From NCBI GenBank assembly GCA_963677895.2, contig CAXXGJ010000022.1:1-63103 (forward strand): a DNA stretch of 63,103 bases, written 5' to 3'. A program made the translations under genes and the position numbers. This document shows positions 41,017 through 50,145 of the stretch, one piece after another. The notes under the pieces are model-generated. The model had not been told where the DNA came from, ran no database searches, and worked only from the letters and a program-made list of their open reading frames with translations. How positions within the stretch are numbered: position 1 is the stretch's first letter; the number at the start of each line of letters is the position of its first letter. The DNA comes from Treponemataceae bacterium (GTDB taxonomy: Bacteria; Spirochaetota; Spirochaetia; Treponematales; Rectinemataceae).

Positions 41017-43019
41017 CGGAAAAGCGATCCCTCGGGAAAATGCCTCGCGGCCAAGCCCTTCAGGCCCAGCTTATCGAGGGTTTCCGCCGTCGGCACTCCC
41101 GTTTCCCCATCCCAGCCCATAGCCGCCCAGTGCAGGCCGACCTTTTCGGCCAGGGGCAGAGTCTTGCCTTTCAAGGGGCCGTTGGAAAGCGGAGGCGCGC
41201 CGCGCATGCGTTCGGTGACGAAACAGTCGCGCGGATGGATTCCCTGCTTGATATTGAAGAGCTGGCGCAGGGTCTGCGCTCGCCTGCCCATTTCCATATA
41301 CTCGTCGGGCGACAGTTCCATGCCCGTCGCCGCGTTGAAAAAGGCGAAAAGATCCCAGTGCTGTACGCCCGTGATCATGGCGAAGAGACAGCCTCCCGCC
41401 ATGTCGGCCACTTGTTTGTAGAGCGTGCCGGCCACTCCCTTCATCGCTTCTTCCTCGGTGGCGCCGTACTCGCGCGACTTCAGGTATACGAGCGGCACCT
41501 TCGGCGCCCAGGACACCCTCGTCCAGAGCCGCATAACGTTGTAATAGACGCCGGAGGCGATCGTGTGGCGTCCCGGCGTTGGGTCGGCCGAGTAGGACAC
41601 TCCCATCTGCGGATCGGCCCGCGAATCGTGCATGCCGGGCTCCTGTCCTCCCGCCTGCGCCGCGAAAGATTCAGAGGAACGCCCCAGTTTCTTCGCTGCC
41701 GCGGCGGCGCCGTCGGCGAAGAGCTCGCCTATGCCCTGGCGCCTCGCCATGAGCTCGAGGAACTCCACGATGGCTTCGCTGCCGCCCCACTTCAGGTCAA
41801 TGCCGCCCAACGCGGCTTCGCTCAGGATTCCGCGTTCCCGGCACTCGATGGCGAAGGCCACGGTCGATCCCGCGGAAATTGTGTCGAGGCCGCTCCTGTT
41901 GCATATGTCGTTGCACCTGAAGATGGACGCATGGTCGTCGTTGAGCAGGAGCGGGCCGAAAGCGGCGTGCGTCTCGTACTCCGGTTTGTGCATATGGCCG
42001 CCGCCGGCGATGATGCCGCTCACGTCGCAGATGCCGCCGCAGCCGATAACGCAGGAATAGCAATGGTATTTCTTCGTTTCGAGGTCCGTGACCTTCTGGG
42101 CGTTGAGCTTTTCGTATTGCGCCTTCGGGAACTCGGCCGGGCCGTCCTTCCAGTTACCCACCGGCGTATCGCCGTTCACCACGCCCCCGGTATTGTTGTA
42201 GATCGTGCCCCAGCGCTTGAAAAACGCCGCGCTCAGGATGCCGTCCATGCGGAAGACGAGGGGCAGTCCCATCATTTTTCCCACGAAGGCCAGGTGTTTG
42301 CCCTTCACGAAGGCCGGGATGTTGGTATTCTTCACCGATTCGGTGAATCGCTTGGAGAGTTCCATCACCTTCTGCGGATTGGCGCAGGGTATTTTGGCGC
42401 TTCCGGATAGAACGATGGCCTTGAGGCGCTTCGAACCCATGACGGCGCCCACACCCGAGCGCGCGGCGTAGCGGCCGCCGTCGTTGGAGATACCGGAGAT
42501 GAGCGACAGGTTCTCGGCGGCGTAGCCTATGGCGGCCATCGCCGGTTTTTTGGCGCCTTTCCACGAGGCGAAAATCGCTTCCTCGGTTTCGACGGCGTCC
42601 TTGCCCCAGAGATCCCCGGCCGGTTCCAGCCGGGGGCCTTCGTCATCGCAGAAAAAAACGACGGGTTGGGCCGAGATTCCCTTGAAGAAGATGCCGTCGT
42701 AGCCGCAGCGTTTTATCGCCGGGGACAGGGTGCCGCCGCAGTTGGCGTCTCCCCAGCCGCCGGTGAGGGGCGACTTGCAGGCCACCATCCAGCGGCCGGT
42801 CATCACCGACCCGGTCCCGGTCAGCGCCCCCGACATGAAGGCGAGCAGGTTTTCGGGACCGAGCGGGTCAGCGCCGGCGGGAATTTCGTCGATGAGAATT
42901 CGCGCCGCGAGGCCGATCCCGCCGGCGCACTCGCGGTACATTTCTTCTGGCGGTGTCCGCGTCTCGAAGGCGCCGCTCCCCAGATCGACGAAGAGCAGCT
43001 TGCCCATGCAGCCTTTCAT
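41013..43019 (-). CDS. Aldehyde:ferredoxin oxidoreductase family (W/Mo-pterin, 4Fe-4S)
   Basis: DPLGPEN, KSPLTGG, GAVMGSKRLKAI, CYSCVIGC, PEYET and GLDTIS. Confidence 0.95.
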   Translation of the reverse strand: MKGCMGKLLFVDLGSGAFETRTPPEEMYRECAGGIGLAARILIDEIPAGADPLGPENLLAFMSGALTGTGSVMTGRWMVACKSPLTGGWGDANCGGTLSPAIKRCGYDGIFFKGISAQPVVFFCDDEGPRLEPAGDLWGKDAVETEEAIFASWKGAKKPAMAAIGYAAENLSLISGISNDGGRYAARSGVGAVMGSKRLKAIVLSGSAKIPCANPQKVMELSKRFTESVKNTNIPAFVKGKHLAFVGKMMGLPLVFRMDGILSAAFFKRWGTIYNNTGGVVNGDTPVGNWKDGPAEFPKAQYEKLNAQKVTDLETKKYHCYSCVIGCGGICDVSGIIAGGGHMHKPEYETHAAFGPLLLNDDHASIFRCNDICNRSGLDTISAGSTVAFAIECRERGILSEAALGGIDLKWGGSEAIVEFLELMARRQGIGELFADGAAAAAKKLGRSSESFAAQAGGQEPGMHDSRADPQMGVSYSADPTPGRHTIASGVYYNVMRLWTRVSWAPKVPLVYLKSREYGATEEEAMKGVAGTLYKQVADMAGGCLFAMITGVQHWDLFAFFNAATGMELSPDEYMEMGRRAQTLRQLFNIKQGIHPRDCFVTERMRGAPPLSNGPLKGKTLPLAEKVGLHWAAMGWDGETGVPTAETLDKLGLKGLAARHFPEGSLFR

Positions 43020-43037
43020 GATTGCCTCCAGACGCGG

Positions 43038-43376
43038 TCAGCGCGCAAGGAAATCTTCGCGGGGAGGAGAAAAAACATCGAGGAGCCGCCCCTTGGCGAG
43101 ACATTTGGTTCCATGCCGCGCGCCGCCGGGAACAAGGACGCAATCCCCTTGCTCCAGCCTGTAGGTCGTCGCGCCCACGAAATAATCGAAGCTTCCGTCG
43201 AGACAATAGGAGATCTGCTCATGGGGATGCTGATGCTCGGCTCCCACGACCCCGGTTTCGAAAATCACCTCGACGACCATCGATTTCTCGCCGTAGGCCC
43301 TCACCTTGCGCGACAGAAGACCGGGATCGAGAATTTCGAGCTTGGCCGCTATGTCCGGGAAAAACGTTCCTTCCAT
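43038..43376 (-). CDS. Cupin domain protein
   Basis: HQHPHEQ metal motif, VPGGARHG and C-terminal DVFSPPREDFL. Confidence 0.9.
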   Translation of the reverse strand: MEGTFFPDIAAKLEILDPGLLSRKVRAYGEKSMVVEVIFETGVVGAEHQHPHEQISYCLDGSFDYFVGATTYRLEQGDCVLVPGGARHGTKCLAKGRLLDVFSPPREDFLAR

Positions 43377-43483
43377 GAAAGTCCTCCGCCCAACGCCGGA
43401 TTTCACCGACGTCAAATTCCGTCTTGACTATATCATGAAATTCTGCGACGATACACGAAATCTTCAAGAAAGGAGCCGAAGCA

Positions 43484-43534
43484 GTGTTTGTAAACGTAAC
43501 GTCATCGTACCGAAACGTACGCGCAGCTGCTTAA
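43484..43534 (+). CDS. Putative 16-aa leader peptide MFVNVTSSYRNVRAAA
   Basis: Strong SD AAGGAG (43470-43475) 8 nt before GTG, a TAA stop, an upstream TTGACT -35 (43424-43429), and alternative stems around the ORF. Confidence 0.5.
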   Translation: MFVNVTSSYRNVRAAA

Positions 43535-43687
43535 GGCTCGAGTACAGAAAGAACACCCCCTTTCTCACATCCTTAAGCATCTCCGCGCCACCAGTCAGCT
43601 GCGCTGAAAGCGAAAGCGCAATCGCCATGCCGGCAGGGATTATTCCCTCCGGAACGGTACCGCACCACGTGCGGGAGCATTAAAATC

Positions 43688-45052
43688 ATGGGCACGCAAG
43701 CCGCAAAAAAAAGCATCGACAATCTTCTTCCAGCCCTGCGCCGCAAGGCGGTGGGACTATTCGGCGTGTACAGAGGGCTTCCAAAACCCCTCTACATGCT
43801 GTGCATCGCCACCATCATCAACTCGATGGGCATTTTCGTGTTTCCCTTTCTCACCCTCTATCTCACCGGCAGGTCCGGAATGAGCCAGGGTGAAGCGGGC
43901 AACTTCATGTTTTTCATCTCGATCGTCTACATACCGGGCAACTTCATAGGCGGGAAACTGGCCGACCGATGGGGACGCAAGCGGCTCATGGTCGTCACGC
44001 AGATAATCTCGGCGGCCCTGTACATCCCCTGCGGCTTCCCTATGTTCTCGAAGTATGTTCCCTGGCTCATTCTCCTGAGCGTGTTCTTCGACGGAATCAC
44101 CGATCCCGCCCGGTCGGCGATGATGACGGATCTCACCACGCCGGAGAACAGGCGCACCGCCTTCTCGCTCCAGTACCTCGTCCACAATCTCGGCTTCGCG
44201 GTGGGATCGCTCATCGCTGGCTTCCTCTTCGAGCACGCATCGTCATGGCTCTTCTGGGGAAACGCGCTGGCCGTCTTCGCCGCCACCGCCATCGTGGGCG
44301 CCAAGGTGGGCGAAACGAAGCCTACCCAGCAGCAGATCGACGCGACCATCGGCACGGGAAGCACAGAGGAGGCCCACAAGGGCTCGCTGGTCCAAGCCCT
44401 GATGTCGCGGCCCTTCCTCATCGTTTTCACGATGATCGTGACCTGGTACGGCTTCGTCTACAACCAGCACCGCTTCGCCCTGCCTCTCCAGACGAAAGCG
44501 CTGTTCGGCGAATCAGGAGCGGCCATCTTCGGAACCTTCATGACGCTGAACGCCGTCCTCGTCATCTTCCTCTCGACGCCCGTGATGGCCCTTTCGAAAA
44601 AATGGAAGCCCATCAATTCGGTGGCGCTGGCCGGAGTCTTCTACGCGGTGGGATTCGGCATGATAGGACTGTCTCGCAATATCTGGCTTCTTTACCTGTC
44701 CACGATCCTGTGGACGCTGGGAGAAATCGTGAACGCCACGAACGAAGGCGCCTATGTGGCGAACCACACGCCCATCTCGCACCGTGGAAGATTCCAGGCG
44801 GTGCTGCCCTTCATCGGGGGAATAGGCTGGACCATAAGCCCTCCCGTCATCGGCAGGCTCATAGACGCCACCAGCCTCGACGCCGCCTGGCCTCTGGTGG
44901 GCGCCATAGCCGCCGTCGCCGCGGGCCTGCTCTGGCTCCTGGGCAAGATCGAGGATCGAACGCTGGCCAGGCGGCCAAAAATCGCCCCGGAAAGCGCTCC
45001 AGGAATCGACCAGAAAGGCGCCGGGGAGGCTTCTGTGGAAATTCGGGATTAA
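43688..45052 (+). CDS. MFS transporter
   Basis: Motif A GKLADRWGRK, about 12 TM segments and N-terminal YRGLPKPLY. Confidence 0.93.
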   Translation: MGTQAAKKSIDNLLPALRRKAVGLFGVYRGLPKPLYMLCIATIINSMGIFVFPFLTLYLTGRSGMSQGEAGNFMFFISIVYIPGNFIGGKLADRWGRKRLMVVTQIISAALYIPCGFPMFSKYVPWLILLSVFFDGITDPARSAMMTDLTTPENRRTAFSLQYLVHNLGFAVGSLIAGFLFEHASSWLFWGNALAVFAATAIVGAKVGETKPTQQQIDATIGTGSTEEAHKGSLVQALMSRPFLIVFTMIVTWYGFVYNQHRFALPLQTKALFGESGAAIFGTFMTLNAVLVIFLSTPVMALSKKWKPINSVALAGVFYAVGFGMIGLSRNIWLLYLSTILWTLGEIVNATNEGAYVANHTPISHRGRFQAVLPFIGGIGWTISPPVIGRLIDATSLDAAWPLVGAIAAVAAGLLWLLGKIEDRTLARRPKIAPESAPGIDQKGAGEASVEIRD

Positions 45053-45153
45053 TGGAGGTATACTGTAGTGGGTGGCGGAGCGGTTTACCGGTCTTCCACC
45101 CAGCCAAGCCACAGGGAAACAAGACCGAATGGACATAAAAAGAGAGCGTTCGG

Positions 45154-45225
45154 TGGGCGATATTGGGATTGAACCAATGACTTCTACCGTGTGAAGGTAG
45201 CACTCTCCCGCTGAGTTAATCGCCC
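45154..45225 (-). tRNA. tRNA-Val(CAC)
   Basis: GGGCGATTAACTCAGCGGGAGAGTGCTACCTTCACACGGTAGAAGTCATTGGTTCAATCCCAATATCGCCCA folds as a cloverleaf with anticodon CAC. It is followed by CCG, not CCA. Confidence 0.96.
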
Positions 45226-45249
45226 ACCCAACGCTCTCGACTGGTGGCC

Positions 45250-45278
45250 ATCCTACCAAAGCCCCGACAGCGTGTCAA
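45250..45278 (-). promoter_or_regulatory. sigma70 promoter TTGACA-N17-TAGGAT for tRNA-Val
   Basis: Perfect -35, 17-nt spacer and TG extension. Confidence 0.75.
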
Positions 45279-45299
45279 GAAGCGGCTTGCGGAGAAACG

Positions 45300-45944
45300 A
45301 TGAGACAGGAAAACGTGAGCATACCCGCAGGATATCCTTCCGGGATAAAAACGCGAAAAAGAGCCACGCGTCAGGAAGTCGTCATAGAACTCACGCGCAA
45401 ATCCATCCATCTTCTGATAGCCTTCGTTCCCCTTCTCCTGTCGATCTCGAAGACGCTGACTATCGCTCTCCTGGCGGTCGGCACCTGCGGTTACGCCGTC
45501 TTCGAGACCTTGCGCATGAAAGGGATCCATATCCCGCTGATCTCCGCCATAACCGCGCAGGCGGCCCGGCTCCGCGACGCGGGCCGCTTCGTCAAAGGGC
45601 CGGTGACGCTTGGACTCGGGGCGCTCGCGTCGGTACTGCTCTTCAGCCCAACCTCGGCCTCGATAGCCATCTATATTCTGGCCTTCGGCGACAGCTTTTC
45701 CAGCATCGTCGGCAAAACCATAGGAAAAGTAAAAATGCCTTTCACGAGGGGCAAATCGCTCGAGGGAAGCCTTACCTGTTTTTTGGTTTCCCTGCTTTCC
45801 GCCTTCGCCATATCGCGCAAATTCGGCCCGTCCCTGATCATCGCCGGCGTTTCCACCTTCGTCGAAGCGCTGCCGGCCAAGGATTGGGACAATATTCTCC
45901 TCCCCCTCGCGGCTGGCCTGACCGCGACGCTCATGGGGTTTTAG
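45300..45944 (+). CDS. Dolichol/phytol kinase-like (CTP_transf_1) membrane protein
   Basis: ELTRKSIH, LAFGDSFSSIVG, KSLEGS and DNILLP. Confidence 0.88.
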   Translation: MRQENVSIPAGYPSGIKTRKRATRQEVVIELTRKSIHLLIAFVPLLLSISKTLTIALLAVGTCGYAVFETLRMKGIHIPLISAITAQAARLRDAGRFVKGPVTLGLGALASVLLFSPTSASIAIYILAFGDSFSSIVGKTIGKVKMPFTRGKSLEGSLTCFLVSLLSAFAISRKFGPSLIIAGVSTFVEALPAKDWDNILLPLAAGLTATLMGF

Positions 45945-45980
45945 CGGGGAGCCGTTTCAGGAGAGCTTCCGCCGGAAAAC

Positions 45981-46808
45981 CTACTGCCAGAGGTAGAATG
46001 AATGCAGTTTGTAGATATAGAGGACGCTTCCCAGCGCCATGGTCACTAACGACACGAGACTGAGCGCCGGCGATCCATCGCGGCTCAGATAATGCGTGCC
46101 GGCCGTCAAGGCGGCGATGCCGAGCGCTATCAGATAATATGCCTTATCGCCTCTCACCCTCACCGCTATAAGATAATTCGCTATCGTTATGAGAATGATC
46201 GCGAGCGAAAACCCTTCGATGAGGCGTCCATAGCCCACCTTGAATATGATGTTCCGCGTCCATATGCCCGTGTTGACAGGCAGAATTGAGACGAGGGCTA
46301 TGCTGATGCCTACGCAGGCGGCCATTATGGAAAACTGTCTGTCGTTCCGCATTCCCGACGCGTAAAGACCGGAGATGAATATGGCGATGTAGCCCAGGAA
46401 TCTCGTGCCGATGTAAAGCTTGTCGATGACGGCCAGCAGCGAATCAGAGCCGCCGTTCAATCCCACGAACAGATGGACGAGCCTTAGGGAATCGAAGGAT
46501 ACCGTGGCGAGCCAGAAGGCGAAAAAGAAGATCTCGGCCGAAACGGTCTTCCTGAAGGTCCTCAGAATGAAGGCACCGACCAAAGAAGCGAAGAAAGCGG
46601 CCGAAAGCGCGTCGGCCAGGGAAAGCGCGAAGGAAGAAATTCGCCATCCTAGAATGGTATGGACCTTGTAGATTTTGCGTTCGATGAGGAAAATCGGGAC
46701 ATCCCTGCGCAGGATGAGAAGAATCGAGAAGGCCAGGGCGAGCAGGAACATGGCGCCGCTCACGCCAAAGAGAATCCAATAGGTGCGTCGTCGGTTCTGA
46801 AGGGTCAC
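45981..46808 (-). CDS. Hypothetical multi-pass membrane protein
   Basis: About 8 hydrophobic segments. GTG start chosen (MTLQNRRR) to leave room for the divergent promoters. Confidence 0.7.
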   Translation of the reverse strand: MTLQNRRRTYWILFGVSGAMFLLALAFSILLILRRDVPIFLIERKIYKVHTILGWRISSFALSLADALSAAFFASLVGAFILRTFRKTVSAEIFFFAFWLATVSFDSLRLVHLFVGLNGGSDSLLAVIDKLYIGTRFLGYIAIFISGLYASGMRNDRQFSIMAACVGISIALVSILPVNTGIWTRNIIFKVGYGRLIEGFSLAIILITIANYLIAVRVRGDKAYYLIALGIAALTAGTHYLSRDGSPALSLVSLVTMALGSVLYIYKLHSFYLWQ

Positions 46809-46897
46809 AGTCGATAAGATAGCGCGAAAAGAAGCCCGCTTGAAGCCCCCGGAGGCGCGATTCGCTTTCCGCGAAGCAGGATGCGCAGCCCATCCGA

Positions 46898-46926
46898 TTG
46901 AAAGAGCCTTCGTTTTTATATATAGT
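46898..46926 (+). promoter_or_regulatory. sigma70 promoter TTGAAA-N17-TATAGT for proS
   Basis: Near-consensus hexamers, with SD GAGGTG downstream. Confidence 0.7.
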
Positions 46927-46956
46927 TCCTTATCTTTTTCCATGGTGAGGTGACCT

Positions 46957-48414
46957 ATGGCCGAAAAAATCACGCCCCGCGAAGTCGACTACTCCCAGTG
47001 GTACATCGACATCGTCCTCAACGCGAAACTGGCGGACTATTCGCCGGTGAAAGGGTGCATGGTGATTAGGCCTCGCGGTTACGCCATATGGGAGCGCATC
47101 CGCGACGAGTTCGACAGGCGCTTCAAGGAAACCGGGCATCAGAACGCCTATTTCCCCCTCCTCATCCCCATGAGCTTCCTCAAGAAGGAAGCCGATCACG
47201 TCAAGGGCTTCGCCCCCGAGCTGGCCGTCGTCACCCACGGAGGCGGCGAGGAACTCGAGGAGCCCTACTGCATCCGTCCCACGAGCGAGACCATCATCTG
47301 GGCGAAGTACAAGGACTGGATCCAGTCCTGGCGCGATCTCCCCCTCCTCATAAATCAGTGGTCGAACGTCGTCCGCTGGGAAAAGCGCACGCGTCTCTTC
47401 CTCAGGACGAGCGAATTCCTCTGGCAGGAAGGCCACACCGCCCATGAAACCGAAAAGGAAGCGGTCGAGGAAACCCTGCGCATGATCGAAGTCTACCGCG
47501 ACGTCGTGGAGCGCTATCTCTGCGTGCCCGTGGTCGTCGGCGTGAAGAGCGAGACGGAAAAGTTCGCCGGCGCCGTCAACACCTACACCATCGAGGCGAT
47601 GATGCAGGACAAGAAGGCCCTCCAGGCGGGGACGAGCCACTTCCTGGGACAGAATTTCGCCAAGGCTTTCGACGTGAAGTATCAGACCCGCGAAGGCGGT
47701 CTCGACTATGTCTGGGCGACGAGCTGGGGCGTTTCGACGCGACTCGTCGGCGCCGTCATCATGACGCATTCGGACGACAAGGGACTCGTGCTGCCCCCCA
47801 CCCTCGCGCCCGAGGAAGCCGTCATCGTCCCGATCTACAAGAACGACAACAAGGCGGCCATCCTCGCCTACGCGGAGAAGACCCTGGCCGCGCTGAAGGC
47901 GGCGGGCATCCGCGCCCTCCTAGACGGCGACGATTCATCGAGCCCCGGCTGGAAATTCGCCGAGTGGGAGATGAGGGGAACCCCGGTGAGGATCGAAATC
48001 GGCCCCCGCGACATGGCTTCGGAAAAACTCGTCCTGGTCCGCAGGGATACGGGCGAAAAATCCTTCGTGGCCGCGGCCGACGCGGCCGACGCCGTCAGGA
48101 AGCTCCTCGACGGAATCCAGACCTCGCTCTACGAGCGCGCCGTGGCTTTCCGCGACGCCAATACCGTGAAAATAGGCTCCAACAAAGAGCTGATGGATTT
48201 CTTCGGCGCCGAAGGCATGGGTACCGCCGACGCCCACGGCGGCTTCGCCGAAGCGCTCTGGTGCGGTTCCGCCGAGTGCGAGGCCGGGCTCAAGGCCAAG
48301 GTCAAGGCCACCCTGCGCTGCCTGCCCCTCGGCCATCAGGAGGGCGTGGACGGAGTCTGCGCTCTCTGCGGAGCTCCCGCCAAGCACAGGGCCATCTTCG
48401 CGAGAAGTTACTGA
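46957..48414 (+). CDS. proS: Proline--tRNA ligase, archaeal/eukaryotic type
   Basis: [40 protein letters not shown], a C-terminal Cys domain ending ARSY, and no INS editing domain. Confidence 0.97.
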   Translation: MAEKITPREVDYSQWYIDIVLNAKLADYSPVKGCMVIRPRGYAIWERIRDEFDRRFKETGHQNAYFPLLIPMSFLKKEADHVKGFAPELAVVTHGGGEELEEPYCIRPTSETIIWAKYKDWIQSWRDLPLLINQWSNVVRWEKRTRLFLRTSEFLWQEGHTAHETEKEAVEETLRMIEVYRDVVERYLCVPVVVGVKSETEKFAGAVNTYTIEAMMQDKKALQAGTSHFLGQNFAKAFDVKYQTREGGLDYVWATSWGVSTRLVGAVIMTHSDDKGLVLPPTLAPEEAVIVPIYKNDNKAAILAYAEKTLAALKAAGIRALLDGDDSSSPGWKFAEWEMRGTPVRIEIGPRDMASEKLVLVRRDTGEKSFVAAADAADAVRKLLDGIQTSLYERAVAFRDANTVKIGSNKELMDFFGAEGMGTADAHGGFAEALWCGSAECEAGLKAKVKATLRCLPLGHQEGVDGVCALCGAPAKHRAIFARSY

Positions 48415-48436
48415 TTTGATTGTATAACGAAGTTTT

Positions 48437-48464
48437 AAAACCCGGAGACATCTCCGGGTTTTTT
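48437..48464. terminator. Bidirectional intrinsic terminator between proS and the GGDEF gene
   Basis: AAAACCCGGAGA-CA-TCTCCGGGTTTTTT between convergent genes. Confidence 0.85.
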
Positions 48465-48483
48465 CATCGCTTCGCGCCTTCCT

Positions 48484-50013
48484 CTATGACTTCTCTCCGG
48501 AACAGACCCGATCGCGGCCTTCCTTCTTGGCCCTGTAGAGGGCCAAGTCGGCTTCCATAAGCAGCTTTTCCAGCGTCGCGGTCCTGTCGCCCTCATCGGA
48601 TACCGCCACCCCGATGCTGATCGTCGTCGCGATACTCTCATCCCTATAGGAAACGCGAAGCGCCGCGATACTCTCCCGCATGTCTTCGGCCACGGCCAGA
48701 ACCTTTTCGGGATCGATGGCTGTAAGCACGACGATGAATTCCTCGCCGCCATACCTGCCGAGTATGTCGGAAGCGCGAATCCTTTCCTTCAATGTCCGGG
48801 CGACGGCGACGAGAACCGCGTCGCCGGCCTGATGCCCGTACCTGTCGTTGACGACCTTGAAAAAATCGAGGTCGATCATGAGAAGCCCTATTCGGCCGCC
48901 ATAGCGCTGGATACGGGATACTTCCTTTTCCGCGTCGTCGAAAAACCTGTGTCGGTTGAATGTTTTCGTGAGCATGTCGTAGTTGGCGAGACGGTAAAGC
49001 TTCCTCAGCAGACGGTGAAGCCCCGTGACGTCCTTGAACAGGAATACCCGGCCGACATTCTTCTTCCGGTCGATGAGCTTCGTCATCTTGGCTTCGAAGT
49101 AGCGCGTCCGGCCGTTCCGGACGATCTTCAGTTCCTTGTTCCGTGAAGCGGCGCCGTCCAGCGCGACCCCTTCGGGAAAATCGCCAAGCTTCTTCCCGAT
49201 CGCGTCGGCGCTGAGCCAGGAGAATACGGAGCCCGCCGCCTTGTTGTAGTCCGAAATCTTGTCCATGGAATCCAGGATGAGGATGCCCTCGCTGATGCCC
49301 GAGAACACGATGTCCTTGACGAGCTGGTCGGACTGCAAAAAATCGTGGCGCACGATGGCTACCGAAAAAAAGAAAGCCGCCCCCAGGAACCCGAAAGGGG
49401 CAAGATCGATGCCGTAGGGAGACAGGCCGAACAGATAACAGGTTTCGAAGAGCCCTACCCAGGCGGATCCCAGCATCATCCAGAACGAAGTGCTGGCCGT
49501 CCCCAGCTTCGAAGTCCTCCATTGCATGAAAAAAGCCGCGAGACTCAACAGCATCATGGCGTTCGAATAGATGACGAACACGGTGTACCAGGGTCCCTTG
49601 TCCAGCCTTGCGAGGAGCTGCCCGCCCACGACGATGGCCGACACTTCGCGGTAATGGAGATGAAGGAAATCGTTGGTCGCGGAAAAGAAAATGGTGAGGG
49701 TGGGTATCAGGAGGAGGGCGAGATAGATGCCGAAAGATGGCTCGCGCTTGACCCTGGATTTATGGGCGATGAAAAACCATACCGTGGAAATGAAGGACAG
49801 GCCAAAGTATTCGAACTTCAGCCAGAATTTGATCTCCTCCAGGCTTTGGGCCCCCAGCTCGAAGGCATAGCCGGCGACATAGATCATGACCGCTATGGAC
49901 ATGATGGCGAAGAGAGAGGAAAGCTGATTGTGCCGGTGCGCGATGCTGTAGCAGAAAATGCAGAAAAATACGACCGCAGTCAGGTAGAGAATTCCGCGGA
50001 GAAAAAACAGCAC
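48484..50013 (-). CDS. Diguanylate cyclase with N-terminal 7TM (HisKA_7TM-like) and PAS-like domains
   Basis: 7 TM segments, EGILILD..DYNKAA, DLDFFKVVND and RASD..RYGGEEF. Confidence 0.92.
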   Translation of the reverse strand: MLFFLRGILYLTAVVFFCIFCYSIAHRHNQLSSLFAIMSIAVMIYVAGYAFELGAQSLEEIKFWLKFEYFGLSFISTVWFFIAHKSRVKREPSFGIYLALLLIPTLTIFFSATNDFLHLHYREVSAIVVGGQLLARLDKGPWYTVFVIYSNAMMLLSLAAFFMQWRTSKLGTASTSFWMMLGSAWVGLFETCYLFGLSPYGIDLAPFGFLGAAFFFSVAIVRHDFLQSDQLVKDIVFSGISEGILILDSMDKISDYNKAAGSVFSWLSADAIGKKLGDFPEGVALDGAASRNKELKIVRNGRTRYFEAKMTKLIDRKKNVGRVFLFKDVTGLHRLLRKLYRLANYDMLTKTFNRHRFFDDAEKEVSRIQRYGGRIGLLMIDLDFFKVVNDRYGHQAGDAVLVAVARTLKERIRASDILGRYGGEEFIVVLTAIDPEKVLAVAEDMRESIAALRVSYRDESIATTISIGVAVSDEGDRTATLEKLLMEADLALYRAKKEGRDRVCSGEKS

Positions 50014-50110
50014 TGAAATCCTCCATCATCCCTGATCGGGGCGATATGCTATTTTTTTGCACAGCAATTTCCGCTTATGATAAAGATTTCCCGGAGAAAT
50101 GGGTAGTACC

Positions 50111-50138
50111 GGGGGAGAGTATCAGGACACTCTCCCCC
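50111..50138. terminator. 10-bp hairpin downstream of the DUF2807-like gene
   Basis: GGGGGAGAGT-N8-ACTCTCCCCC, with no clear U-tail. Confidence 0.45.
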
Positions 50139-50145
50139 TCCAGGG

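Noticed and set aside
45052..45138. 28-codon ORF overlapping the MFS stop (MEVYCSGW...)
   Set aside because: It has no SD and no coding character. The region is better explained by a hairpin between the convergent MFS and tRNA genes.
45137..45240. tRNA as an integration site for a genomic island
   Set aside because: No integrase and no duplicated tRNA 3' end were seen in the window.
29688..48414. Functional pairing of the YbaK protein with the editing-less ProRS
   Set aside because: Plausible, but a well-known arrangement, and the genes are 17 kb apart.
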